A DNA stretch of 64,000 nucleotides, from NCBI RefSeq assembly GCF_018977255.1, contig NW_024704742.1, positions 64,420,001 to 64,484,000 of the forward strand, in the 5' to 3' direction. Positions 50,660-62,264 of this stretch are shown here, one piece after another; position 1 is the stretch's first letter; each line of letters opens with the position of its first letter. The stretch is from Callorhinchus milii (taxonomy: Eukaryota). The translations under genes were made by a program, and so were the position numbers. The notes below the pieces were generated by a model. It made no database searches, was not told the origin of the DNA, and was given only the letters and a program-made list of their open reading frames with translations.

Positions 50660-52397
50660 ATGAGAACAAGATTGCAAATAATTTCATTCAAGGAAACATT
50701 ATATTTTGCTTTGGTCAAGCGGATTATTTAATACATGTGAAAACACATCACTATGCTTAAGAGTATCCAAAGCAAACTACTTAAGAGTTCCAATGAAATT
50801 TGTCTAGAATGGTATGCGGATTCTCTCCTGAAGATGTGCACACTGCTCACCTAATCCCAGAAAACTATAGGCATGGGTTGGCAAGAGCCAACAACTTTGT
50901 GAGTTTTCACGTGCATTTTCTTTCAAATATAATTTTTCAGAAAAGTTATCCAGTCCTCGACTGTAAAGTCCTTCAAGTGAAGAGCGCTCTATAAGTCAAG
51001 TTGTTGTTGGTCCACCACATTACTATAGTCCCAGATGAAAGTCGATTTACCAAAGATGGTTATACTGTGTATTTGTAGTCGAATGGTGAATAGTACAGAT
51101 TGAACTTTAGGAATAATAGGCCAAAAGACTTCATACTGTGTTATGCATGTCTATGGTTCTATGATAAGAAGAGGTATAGGACTTGAATGAAGCATTATAG
51201 GCTATCTACTTGTCGAGCCAAACACCAGCGCGAGTCACTACCTTGAGAAGGATAGAAAAGTTGGGTCCAAAATAAAGGCATATAAATCAACTGTCAAGCT
51301 AAAAATTATGGAAGCAAGCTCAAACATATATTATATATGGCAGTTATTTTAAAATACATTTCTAATTATATAAATCAATTAAGAAATCATGCAAAATCAA
51401 TTGTAATATCTCAATTCACATCATATCCTTAATAATATTCATTTCTAAATGAAAACTCAATCCTGCAATCTTGTAAATTTTAAATACATGATCAGGAAAA
51501 CTATTTTGCAATGCTGAATGTAAAGGGCAGTTAAGGGAACATATTCAGTTTAACTTGCTTTTGCTGTCTAGCTATTGCTTCCTCATGATACAATACAAAA
51601 TAATCCCTGAAGAAAAAAACCCAATAATAAATCGGTCACTTCAATCCACGACTGTTTGTGGGACATTGCTGTGTGCAATTGGCTGCCGCGTTTTGCCCAC
51701 AAATATACAGTCAATTCACTTTACAGTATATTCTGTGAAGCGCTTTGGGACATCTAGAAGATGTGAAAAGCACTATATCAAATACAAGGATTATTGTGTT
51801 ATAAAATACAACACAAAATTACATTTGTATAGATCCTTTCACGTCGGGAGGACGTCCTAAGGCGCTGGGACAGTAATACTCAAAGCACTGTTTGTAAATT
51901 AGGTCATAAGTGAGGACTCTGATGTAGTACTGCTACCAATGTTACAACTTGATTTTCAGTCCCAATGGTCACAAGCGCAATAGATAAAATATTTATTTAT
52001 ATGCGCTGTATATGGTTCCCAGCTAATTGAATTCCCAGTGAATAGCAGCATAATAATCAGCAAACCAATCTCTGTTTTAGAGTTCTTTGTCAATCATTAG
52101 ATATTATTCTATTTTATTTATAATAGCATAAATAAAATATCCTTATTCCCAAAGTGTAATGATGATGGTGAATTGTATAAAAGGGAGTTGATTATAGAGA
52201 GGTAATTAGAACAAGAAGCTAGTAAAATTAAAATAATTTAAGTGTTAAACAATAAAGTTTGAGAAAAGATACAGTCTCTTTAGAGACTTTAATACAAAAA
52301 ATGGAAAGATAGCAATACATTTGTGAAAACATCTACAACAGGTATCTACGAAGTACAGATAAATCATAAGAAAGCAAAAAAAAGTTTTTAATTCTAG
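50660..52397 (+). repeat. Segmental direct repeat, copy 1 (copy 2 at 62263-64000)
   Basis: Same sequence at constant offset 11603; identical ORF pairs 50800/62403 and 51555/63158. Confidence 0.97.
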
Positions 52398-53486
52398 GAT
52401 GAATCATGGCAGTAAAACAATCTAAATTAGTGTACAGAATTATACAAACAAGATAGTAAAATTTACAAATAGCCAAGAACAATGCTTTTAATCAAAAAAG
52501 TAATGATTTCTTGGGTTAAATTTCATGCAACAAACTTTTCATAGAGGATTTTCCAGTTATAATTATTTGCTGAAAACAGAACAAACATCTGGTAACCTGA
52601 TATCACATCCCCTTCAGGGATAATGTTGCAATTAATTTTTGACAGCCAGGTTACAAAATGAACATTGTTCAATGTAAGCCTGTTGGTTTTCAATTATTGT
52701 TTAATTATAAAATTATAATTTGTTAAAAATTTTCTCAAAGAGCCTACTAACATTCATGAAAAGTAAAATACTAAATGAAGGCACTTAGAGTATAGGCAAT
52801 TGCTTCAATCATCTAGCTCTTCAAAAGTATCTTTGGTCTCAAACCTATCATCAAAGTATTAGTTATCATTTACATTACATGAACTTAAATCATTCTGCAA
52901 TTAAATTTGCGCAATGCTGCATGATATAAAAACAAATATTTCAACTGAGTTTAAACTAAAACTTCAGTACCACCTAAAATGTGCACTCTGACAATGAGAT
53001 GATCAGGGAGATTAGAATGAGTTACTGTTGTTTGTCAAACAATGTAAAAACTGATTTGTGAAAAAGTGTTAATCATATTTAAAAATTATGTGTGGTCCTT
53101 GGATCTGTCTTGTGATAATTTCTCAATCACCAGTGCAGTGACATAATGTTTAATAAAACATTGCAGGAATTATTCTAGAAAGTGCAACGGGCCCAACAAA
53201 ATATCCTCAAACACAGTTAAAATTAATTACATAAAAATAATTTGTATGATACACATTGAAGTTCACCTTTTCTAGTGTCCCAATCCAGAGTTTTTTGTAT
53301 TCTCTACAGTACTATGAACAGTTAGATACTGCAGAAAACATATGTGAACTGATAAATTAGTGCATTATGTATGCTTTGCAAGTCCTTTTCCAGTTTTAAA
53401 AATATTACTTTCAATACAATCAACAACACATTTAAAAATTGTTATGAATTATCCAGTCAACAAATGGACACACCCAATTTAAATAC

Positions 53487-54167
53487 CTGAAGCGGATCTG
53501 TGGTGTGAAGAGTTCTTCTGATCATCAGAGCAGGGGGTTGGTGGAGTATAGTTAGCTACATCCAGTTTACTGATACTGGATGATGGTGTTAGTGAGGGAG
53601 GTAACAATGTACTGTTGGGGCTACTGATATCACCTTCTGCCACTAGAGTCAGATCAGATACATTCTCATCTTCACAAGGCTGTATTATTTCAGACTGCCT
53701 ATCTCCAGAATGTCCTTCCCACCTCTGGTCATTCACATGTAGAATTGGAGAGACTGGTGCATGAAAGGGGACATCATGTAACTGCTGAATATCTGGTTTT
53801 ACAAGATGGGATGGCACTGAAACAGGCCAATGCCGGCTGTCTTGTTGATGCATTGGCTTGCCTTTTAGATTGTTGGGATTTTCATTAAAATTCAGCGTAG
53901 ACGGATTAGTTGGGCTGGAGTCTATAAACTCTAATTTATCAGACTGTTGTGCTGAGATGAAAGCTTTGTTCACAGAAGTATCTGTTTGGCTTTTGTCCTC
54001 ACGTTTCTTGCCATTCACTTTATTTGCTACAGGTGTGGAGGAGCTAGGCTCAGGCATGGGAACCTTGAGGCGTAGAAAATCTGGTAGAACGAGGTCTTCT
54101 TTCTTCAAAAGTCCACGTTGATCATCGACCCGATTGCGTTGAGCTTTTGTCAAAAGATTAAATAACT
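53487..54167 (-). CDS. RGS12: RGS12 GoLoco-motif exon (ELFNLLTKAQRNRVDDQRGLLKKEDLVLPDFLRL...DLTLVAEGDISSPNSTLLPP...)
   Basis: 681 nt, phase 1-1, ttggcag/gtattt; GoLoco DQR triad and the RGS12-typical EGDISSPNSTLLPP block. Confidence 0.95.
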
Positions 54168-54819
54168 CTGCCAAAATGAAAATATCAATCCGGAAATTAA
54201 TACATCAGAGAAAAGCAAATGTAAGTTCTTAAGAAAAAATAAAACAACTCTCCTACCATAATAGTAAATCAACTCTTCGTTGGGTTTTGTTATCTGTCAA
54301 ACATGGAAAAACTTCAATACGGGACTCTAACATGACTATAATTGCCTAAGAAGGCGAAATTCAGCCATCATTTGCATTTCCGAATAATATCCAGTGAAAA
54401 ATATTGAACAGTGTGTAAATACCCATTGATAAGGATCAGGCTCAGCGGTCATGTACCAACAGTCGAACAGCAATCTAACACTAACTATGTGGATAGGGCA
54501 TTTTGGGTGAGGTGCTTGAAGATGGTCAGTGCCAGTGGAACTGGACTTCAGCATGAGTCAGTACTTTCAGGATGTGGAAGGAGAAAATTGGAGCAATCCA
54601 AAAAAAAAACAGGATAGAAAGATAGTCAGGCCAAAAACAATAGGGGGAAAGAAAGGAGACAATTAAGTTGAATGGAAAGAGAAGGAAACATTACAGGTTT
54701 TAATAGGGCATAAGTCATAGTGTAGCAAGAGAGTTTTGTAATATGGTTATTTCACTTTAAACATCTTTCACACAACCCTACGTATTTCTCCCACTAATTT
54801 TCTCTTTTTCCTCAACAGT

Positions 54820-57800
54820 TAGGGGAATAGATAGCATCCTCTGTAGCCAAGAACGAGAGTCCTAAGGGTGTGTTGCCTACCTGGTGCCAGGGTAAGTGAT
54901 ATCTCGAGGCAGCTGGAGAGGAATTTGGAAAGGGAGGGGGCAGATCCAGTTGTGGTTCATGTTGGGACAAACGACATAGGTAAGAACAGGGAGGAGGTGC
55001 TGCAGAGGGAGTTTCAGGAGTTAGGAGCTAAGTTAAAAGATAGGACCTCAAGGGTAATAATCTCTGGATTATTACCTGAGCCACATGCAAATTGGAGTAG
55101 GGGAAGACAGATTAGGAAAGTTAACACATGGCTAAAGAATTGTTGTGGGAAAGAAGGGTTCCATTTCATGGGACACTGGCACCAGTACTGGGACAGGAAG
55201 GAGATGTACCGATGGGATGGGCTCCACATGAATCAGAATGGGACCAGTGTCCTAGGGAAAGGGTAAATAGGGCTGTGGCAAAGGCTTTAAACTAGTAAAA
55301 TCGGGGGAGAGATCAGAAAGAAATGTCATAAACCCAAATATAAAGGAAACACGAGATGAGAGTATAGGTGAGACAAAACTAAGGAATAAGGAGAACATAA
55401 ATGGTCAGAGAATTAAAAATAAAGTGAGAGGAACAACTAATAAAAATGATTTGAACTGTCTTTACAGCAATGTACACAGCATCCGAAACAAAAAAGAACT
55501 GGGGGCAATAATTCGTAGTGAAGAACCAGATATAGTAGGGATTACTGAAACATGGCTACGGAAAGTACAGGACTGGAAATTAAACATTGCAGTGTATAAC
55601 ATATTTAGAAAGGATAGAGACAGGAGAAAGAGCTGTAGAGTAGCTGTACTTATTAGGGACAACATCATGGCAGTAGAAACAAGGGACATAGCCATTAGTA
55701 AGATAGAAACAGAATTTGTGTGGATAGACATAAAAGATGAGAAGGGATCAATCACACAAATACGGGTACTCTACAGACCACCTAATAGTGGAAGGGAGGT
55801 AGAGGAAAAAATATGCAAGCAAATTAGGGAAATGAGTAACAGACATACTGTAATAATCATTGGGGATTTCAACCACCCCCAAATAAATTGGCTTGAAGAG
55901 GTAGGTAAAGGGGATAAGGGAATGGAATTCCTTCAATGTGTACAGGACTCCTGTAGCTCAGTGGTTAGAGCATTCGCTTTGTAAGCGAGAGACCTGAGTT
56001 CAATTCCAGGCAGTTCAGGGCGAAACCTTGGGCAAGTTTCCTTTCTCCACACAGAGCCTAATAATAATCCCTCCAAAAAACAAAAACAATAATAAATTGG
56101 TCATTTTCAATCTACGACTGTTTGTGGGACATTGCTGTGCGCAATTGGTTGCCGCATTCGCCCACAAATATACAGTCAATTCACTTTACAGTATATTCTG
56201 TGAAGCGCTTTGGGACCTCCTCCCGACGTGAAAAGTGCTGTATCAAATGCAAGGATTATTATTATTATTATTATTACCCAGAGGCCCAACAAGGGAGGAA
56301 TCACTGCTGGATGTAGTAATGGGAAATGAACCCAAGCAGATAAGAGAAGTAAGAGTAGGGGAACATCTAGGCAATAGCGATTATAACTTAATAAGGTTTA
56401 AGATAAAGATTGAGTATGACAAAGACCAGGGTAATAGATTGGAAAAAAAGCTGATTTTGAGGGGATGAAAATGGAACTTGGGAAAGTAAACTGGAAAACA
56501 ATATTGGCAAACAAAGAGATAGAGCAGCAGTGGGAAACATTTAATATGGTGATCGATAAGATTCCAGGAGAAATATATTCCGCTAAAAAACAAGATAAAG
56601 CTAAACAATAGTGAAACGCCGTGGATGAATAAAGACATAAGAGCAAAGTTGAGACTGAGGAAAGAGGCGTTCACTGAGTACATAAACAACAAGGGAGATC
56701 ATGACAAAAAAGAATACGAAGAGGTTAGTCAAAACAACAATTAGGAAGGCAAAGAGGAACTATGAAACTAAATTATCAAGGAATATAAAAGACATAGTAA
56801 AATATTCTACAGACATAAATAACAAAAGAAAAATCAAAATAAGAATAAGGCCACTAAGGGATGGACAAGATAAGTTCACAGACAGCGACAGCAAAATGGC
56901 AGAGATATTGAACAATTACTTTGCCTCAGTTTTTAACAGGAAGATGGATCAGGTGGATATGACAGTAAAAAAAATCAAAAATTATATAAATACATTTAAG
57001 ATAAAAAGGGGGCGATAACCAATAAACTAACCAAACTCAGAGAGGATAAAACCCCTGGTCCGGATGGATTGCATCCGCGTTCATTAAAGGGATAGCAGAG
57101 ACACTATTACATATATATAATTCATCAGAAAAGGGAGTAGTGCCAGAGGACTGGGGGATAGCTAATGTTATACCTATATTTAAAAAGGGAGATAGAACAA
57201 GCCCAAGGAACTATATATCTGTCAGCTTAAAAGTGGTGGCAGGAAAGATAATGGAATCTTTACTGAAAAGGGTAATAGAAAACTTCTAGAAACCGAAAAT
57301 ATAATACAGCAACAAAATTACATTTGTAAAGTGCATTTCACGTCACGAGGACGTCCAAAGGCCCTGAAGAATAGTCTGCAACAAATAATAAAAACTGCAA
57401 CAAATAATAAAGAAGTCAGTATGGATTTCAAAAAGGAAGGTCATGCTTGACCAATCTCATTGAATTCTTTGAAGAGGCAACAGAAAGAATACACAAGGGT
57501 AATGCAGTAGGTGTAATATATTTGGATTTCCAAAACACATTCGATAAGATACCACATAATAGACTAACGAATAAGGTCAGAGCATGTGGAGTCAGCCATT
57601 CTTATTTATTATTTATTTATTATTCTTCATTAGCTTTCAGCCACTCTGCCCCCAACCTCTGGGATTCCATCCCCCCAATCACTCCGCCTCACCCCTTCTT
57701 AGCCTCCTTCAAGTCCCGCCTCAAAACCCTCCTCTTCGAGCATGCCCTCGGTCACCCCCACTTCCCCTTCCCTCCCTTCCCCCTCCCTGACCCCAGCTCG

Positions 57801-58960
57801 GGTTTGAAAAGCTGATCATTTCTTTTTGAAATGCTGTATGACGTGAAAGGCGCTATACAAATGTAATCTTGTTGTTGTTGTCAGGCGAAAAGTAGCAGAA
57901 TGGATAACAAGCTTGGCTACAAGATAGAAAACAGAGACTAGGGGTAAGGGGTAGCTAAGCTACTCAGACTGGCAGAGGGTGGGAAGTATTGTTCCACAAG
58001 GATCGGTATTAGGATCACTGTTCTTCACAATTTACATTAATGATTTAGACTCGGGGATTGAAAGTACAATTTAAAAAATTGCGGATGACACCAAATTGGG
58101 GGGAGTAGTTAATATTGAGGAGGACTGCAACAAATTACAAGACATTCATAAACTTGCTGAATGGGCATTTAATTGGCAAATGAATTTCAATATAGATAAG
58201 TGTGAGGTGGTACATTTTGGTAGGAGGACTAAGGAGGTCACATACTGCATGGAAAATAAGAATCTAAATGGGGTAGAGGTGAAAAAACATCTAGGGGTAG
58301 ACACACAAATCACTAAAAGTAGCTATGCAGGTTACTAAGACCATAAAAAAAGCAAACCAAGCATTGGGATTCATTTCTAGAGGGATAGAAATAAAAAGCA
58401 GGGAAGTTATGCTAAACTTATATCGAACATTGGTTAGACACACGGAGTACTGTGTACAGTTCTGGTCCCCATATTATAGAAAAGATATAGAGACACTGCA
58501 GAAGGTGCAAAGGAGATTTACAAGGATGATACCAGAACTGCAAGGTTATACCTATCAGGAAAGGCTGAACAAGCTTGGACTCTTTTTTTCTTGAAAAGAG
58601 AAGGTATTATAGGATAGACATGGAGAAGATGTTTCCACTTGTGGGGAGACCAAAACCAGGGGCCATAGATATAAAATAGTCACCAATAAATCAATCAGGG
58701 AAGTCAGAAGAAACTTCTTTACCCAGAAAGTGGTGGGAATGTGAAACTCGTTACCACAAGGAGTAGTTTAGGCGAATAGCATAGATGCATTTAAGAGGAA
58801 GCTAGATAAGTACATGAGAGAGAAAGGAATAGAAGGTTCTGCTGATAGGCTTAGTTGAGGATGGGCAAGAGGAGGCTCATGTGGAGCATAAATGCCAACA
58901 TAGACCAGTTGGGCCAAATGCCCTGTTTCTGTGCTGTATATTCTATGTAATTCTATGTCT
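54820..58960 (+). mobile_element. Near full-length degenerate CR1 LINE (ORF1 SGNH-esterase part, APE endonuclease, RT), with nested SINE and L2 insertions
   Basis: ORF1 motifs CCLPGARVSDI, VVHVGTNDI, DGLH; endonuclease GITETWL, YRPPN, GDFNHP; RT YLDFQNTFDKIPH, ADDTKLGG, EYCVQFWSP; (attctatg)n-like tail near 58940-58960. Confidence 0.92.
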
Positions 58961-59580
58961 GTATTGCCATCCCATTTCCAACCTACCTTTCCTTGCCAAA
59001 GTCCTGGAATGCATTGTTGCAGATCAACGTCAGTCACACCCCTCCCTCCACTCCCTCCTTGAGTTTCTGCAGTCTGGTTTTCGCCCTGCTCACAGCACAG
59101 AGACAGCACTTATCAAAGTCACAAACAATGTCCTCTCTATCTGTGACCAGGGCTCCCTCTGCCTCCTTGTCGTCCTGGTTCTCTCTGCTGTGTTCGACAC
59201 AGTCGACCATGCCATCCTTCTCCACTGCCTCGCCCCCCTTATCCACCTTAGTGGGACTGCACACAAATGGTCGAATCCTACTTAACCAACCGCCTCCACT
59301 TCATCTCGGCAAATGGTTTCTCCTCCCACCCCTGCCCATTCACCCTCGGGGTACCCCAGGGCTCCATCCTTGGCCCCCTTCTTTTCCTCATCTATATGCT
59401 CACTCTTGGCGATATCATCCTCAGACACGGGGGTAAACTTCCACATATATGCAGTTGATGCACAATTCCAGCTCATTCAGAACTCTGCTGCCCGCATACC
59501 GACCCTGGAACAAACTTCGTACCCACATCTCATCAGTTCTGGCCAGGTTCTACTGGCTCCCCATCACTGAACGGATCGAC
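58960..59580 (+). mobile_element. L2 RT fragment with internal deletion
   Basis: [40 protein letters not shown]. Confidence 0.88.
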
Positions 59581-60837
59581 TTTGTTTTTGAGGGATTATT
59601 ATTAGGCTCTGTGTGGAGTAAGGAAACTTGCCCAAGGTTTCGCCCTCTGCCTGGAATTGAACTCAGGTCTCTCACTTGCAAAATACTTAATGTTTAAACT
59701 GTGGTAAATATTGCTCCTTTTATTTTTATTGATCATGCGAGAGACACCCTAGTGGCAATCAACCAGTTGGAGACCCCTGGTCTAATCTGACACTCCAATG
59801 CAGTGCTGAGGTTGTGTTTCATTGTCAGGGGTGCCAACCTTTGGATGAGATGTTCAAACCGAGGTCCCATCTCCCCTCAAGCTGCTGAAACAAACCCTCC
59901 TCCCTAATTTTATTATGTCCAGGCTTGATTATACTAACTCCCTGCTTGCCGGACTTCCCAACTCTTCCCTCCACAAACTGTGGATTATTCAGACTCTGCA
60001 GCTCATGTCCCTTCCCACACTATGGGAATAGGAAACTAATAAAGCCTGGCAAGGATGAATGTGATGATCTCATTTCAATTGTTAGGTAGCATGCTGCTAT
60101 TTCAATTGTTAGGTAGCATAAGGTAGCCTTATGTTCTTGTAAAATAATAAAATAATAATCCTTGCATTTGATATAGTGCTTTTCACGTCTTCTAGACGTC
60201 CCAAAGCGCTTCACAGAATATACTGTAAAGTGAATTGACTGTATATTTGTGGGCGAACGTGGCAGCCAATTGCGCACAGCAGTGTCCCACAAACAGTCAT
60301 GGATTGAAAATGACCAATTTATTATTGTTTTGTTTTTTGGAGGGATTATTATTAGGTGTGTGGAGTAAGGAAACTTGCCCAAGGTTTCGCCCTGACCTGC
60401 CTGGAATTGAATTCAAGTCTCTCACTTGCAAAGCGAGTGCTCTAACCACTGAGCTACAGGAACTCCACAGTTTGGGGCATGATATGTCATGCGACTGCCA
60501 GAAAGATAGAAGGCAAATTGGGTTTGCAAAAGAAGTCCTTGATCTTCTTTCGCCTAGCAAATTCTTATGTTGGTAGAATTTCCTAAGGGTGGGTTTAAGA
60601 TGCATTTTTGGGTCAGGGTGTAGGAAGTTTTACCATTCAAAAAATAAAGATAGAAGAAGGTAACAATGATCTGAATATCTTAAGGATTCACCTGGGTGAT
60701 GGGGGAGAGATACATGGACCATATTTCCTTTTTTTATACTTGGTTTATGTCCTACAGTTCTGTGTAATGCTAATTCTTTATTTTTTACTTGTAATTAAGA
60801 TGAGAAATTAAGTTTATTCCTTATTTTTATTCTATAG

Positions 60838-60934
60838 AATGGAGAAGATGAAGTTTTAGATCTTGGCATTCCTATCTCTAATCTTGATGGAATGCGTGTT
60901 GTTCTGGATGTTGCAGAGCATAGTGCAGGAAAAG
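60838..60934 (+). CDS. RGS12: RGS12 exon, end of second Ras-binding domain (NGEDEVLDLGIPISNLDGMRVVLDVAEHSAGK), inverted relative to the 3' exons
   Basis: tctatag acceptor, gtaagc donor, 97 nt; resembles mammalian RGS12 LDLGAPISSLDGQRVVL (recalled sequence). Confidence 0.85.
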
Positions 60935-61936
60935 GTAAGCAAGATGTAGTTCATTTTATAGCTGGAGGTGATGATTTTTTCAGTGAGTACAAGTGTAGAG
61001 TGAGGATTCGTGCCAACCTGCACCTACTAACAATCTCTGGAATTAGGGAATCCCTCCAGGGAAAGAGTGAACATTCCATTCCAATACCCAGGAATTTCCA
61101 TGTGTAGCTGGGATGCAAGGAACTCTCCTAGGTTTGGTACTCTTAAGCATGATTATATGTGTCAGGCATCTTTCTGACCAACAATTTTTTTTGGATATAG
61201 TACATAGGTAGTTCAGGACATATGTGCTTGCGATCGCCAAGGAAGGTGGAAGGCGAACCAGAAGGCCCTTTGTCTTTTTTTGTTCAGCATTTCTTATGTT
61301 CTTAAGAACTATTGAGTTAGATTCTAAGACATTTTTAGCAGGAGCCTTGGGTGTGAGATTGTGTTACATGAAAATAAACTGGTCCATGCACTAAAATATT
61401 TGTTAAGTGGATGACACAGTCTGATAACTGAGTTTTAGCTCAAGCCCAGATAGATGAATTGAAAGTTTACTCTGTCAACTCTTTGAGTAGGACACTCTCT
61501 GTCTTGACTCATGAAATGAGTTTAGACAATTTCCACCCAATTAGCATCCTTCAGTATTTTCAGCACAGAATTAGGCCATTTGGCCCATCATACCTATGTT
61601 GGTTCTTTCTAACATTGGGACTATTTAGGCCCATTCCCCTGCCTTATCCCCCTATTATTTTATATTTTTCCTTTTCAGATGTTTGTCTCATTTCCCTTTA
61701 AACAAAAATAATTGCAAAAAATGCATCAGAATCCCCAATTTCTTTTGTGGAATTTTCATTCCTCTTAAAATTCATGCCAAATTTTGAATGTTTGTCATCC
61801 AAATTTCAATTTAAAAGCTGCTTAAGAGTCACTGTATTATTCATATGTTTATTTTAAGATCAGTCATTAGTAATGGTTCTTTAGAGTTGTAGAGCTATTG
61901 TAATAGAGTATCATCCATTACAATGTTTATTTACAG

Positions 61937-62004
61937 ATAAACAGAAGAGTGGAGGAGTGAAACCAGGTCCATCCACTTTGGGCACAAGAAATCATGATGT
62001 AACG
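61937..62004 (+). CDS. RGS12: RGS12 exon (DKQKSGGVKPGPSTLGTRNHDVT), inverted copy
   Basis: ttacag/gtaatc, 68 nt, phase 1-0, in frame with both flanking + strand exons; DKQK...RNH matches RGS12. Confidence 0.8.
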
Positions 62005-62189
62005 GTAATCATTTGAAACTTATTAAAGCTTATTTATGCAAAAGTAGCAAACACTGTTTTTGTCGTTATTGTGCTAGCAATTTGGTTTGACAAATAGTTT
62101 TCAATTCCAACATAATATGTCTTTTGATTTGTTCTTTTAAATTGGAATATTACAAACTAACGATTGGAACCTGTTTTAACTAATACTAG

Positions 62190-62264
62190 GAGAAAGAAGA
62201 AAGAAATTTAGGAAAACCATCTTCAGTTAAAGAAAAAGGAGATAATGGAAAATCTTCCAAAGAT
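62190..62264 (+). pseudogene. RGS12: Truncated RGS12 pre-GoLoco exon (EKEERNLGKPSSVKEKGDNGKSSKD) broken at a duplication junction
   Basis: tactag acceptor; resembles RGS12 EERTLGKSNSIKIKGENGK; from 62263 the sequence switches to a copy of 50660 onward, reading to TAA at 62361-62363. Confidence 0.75.

Noticed and set aside
54820..58960. Active autonomous CR1
   Set aside because: Multiple frameshifts, stops and nested insertions.
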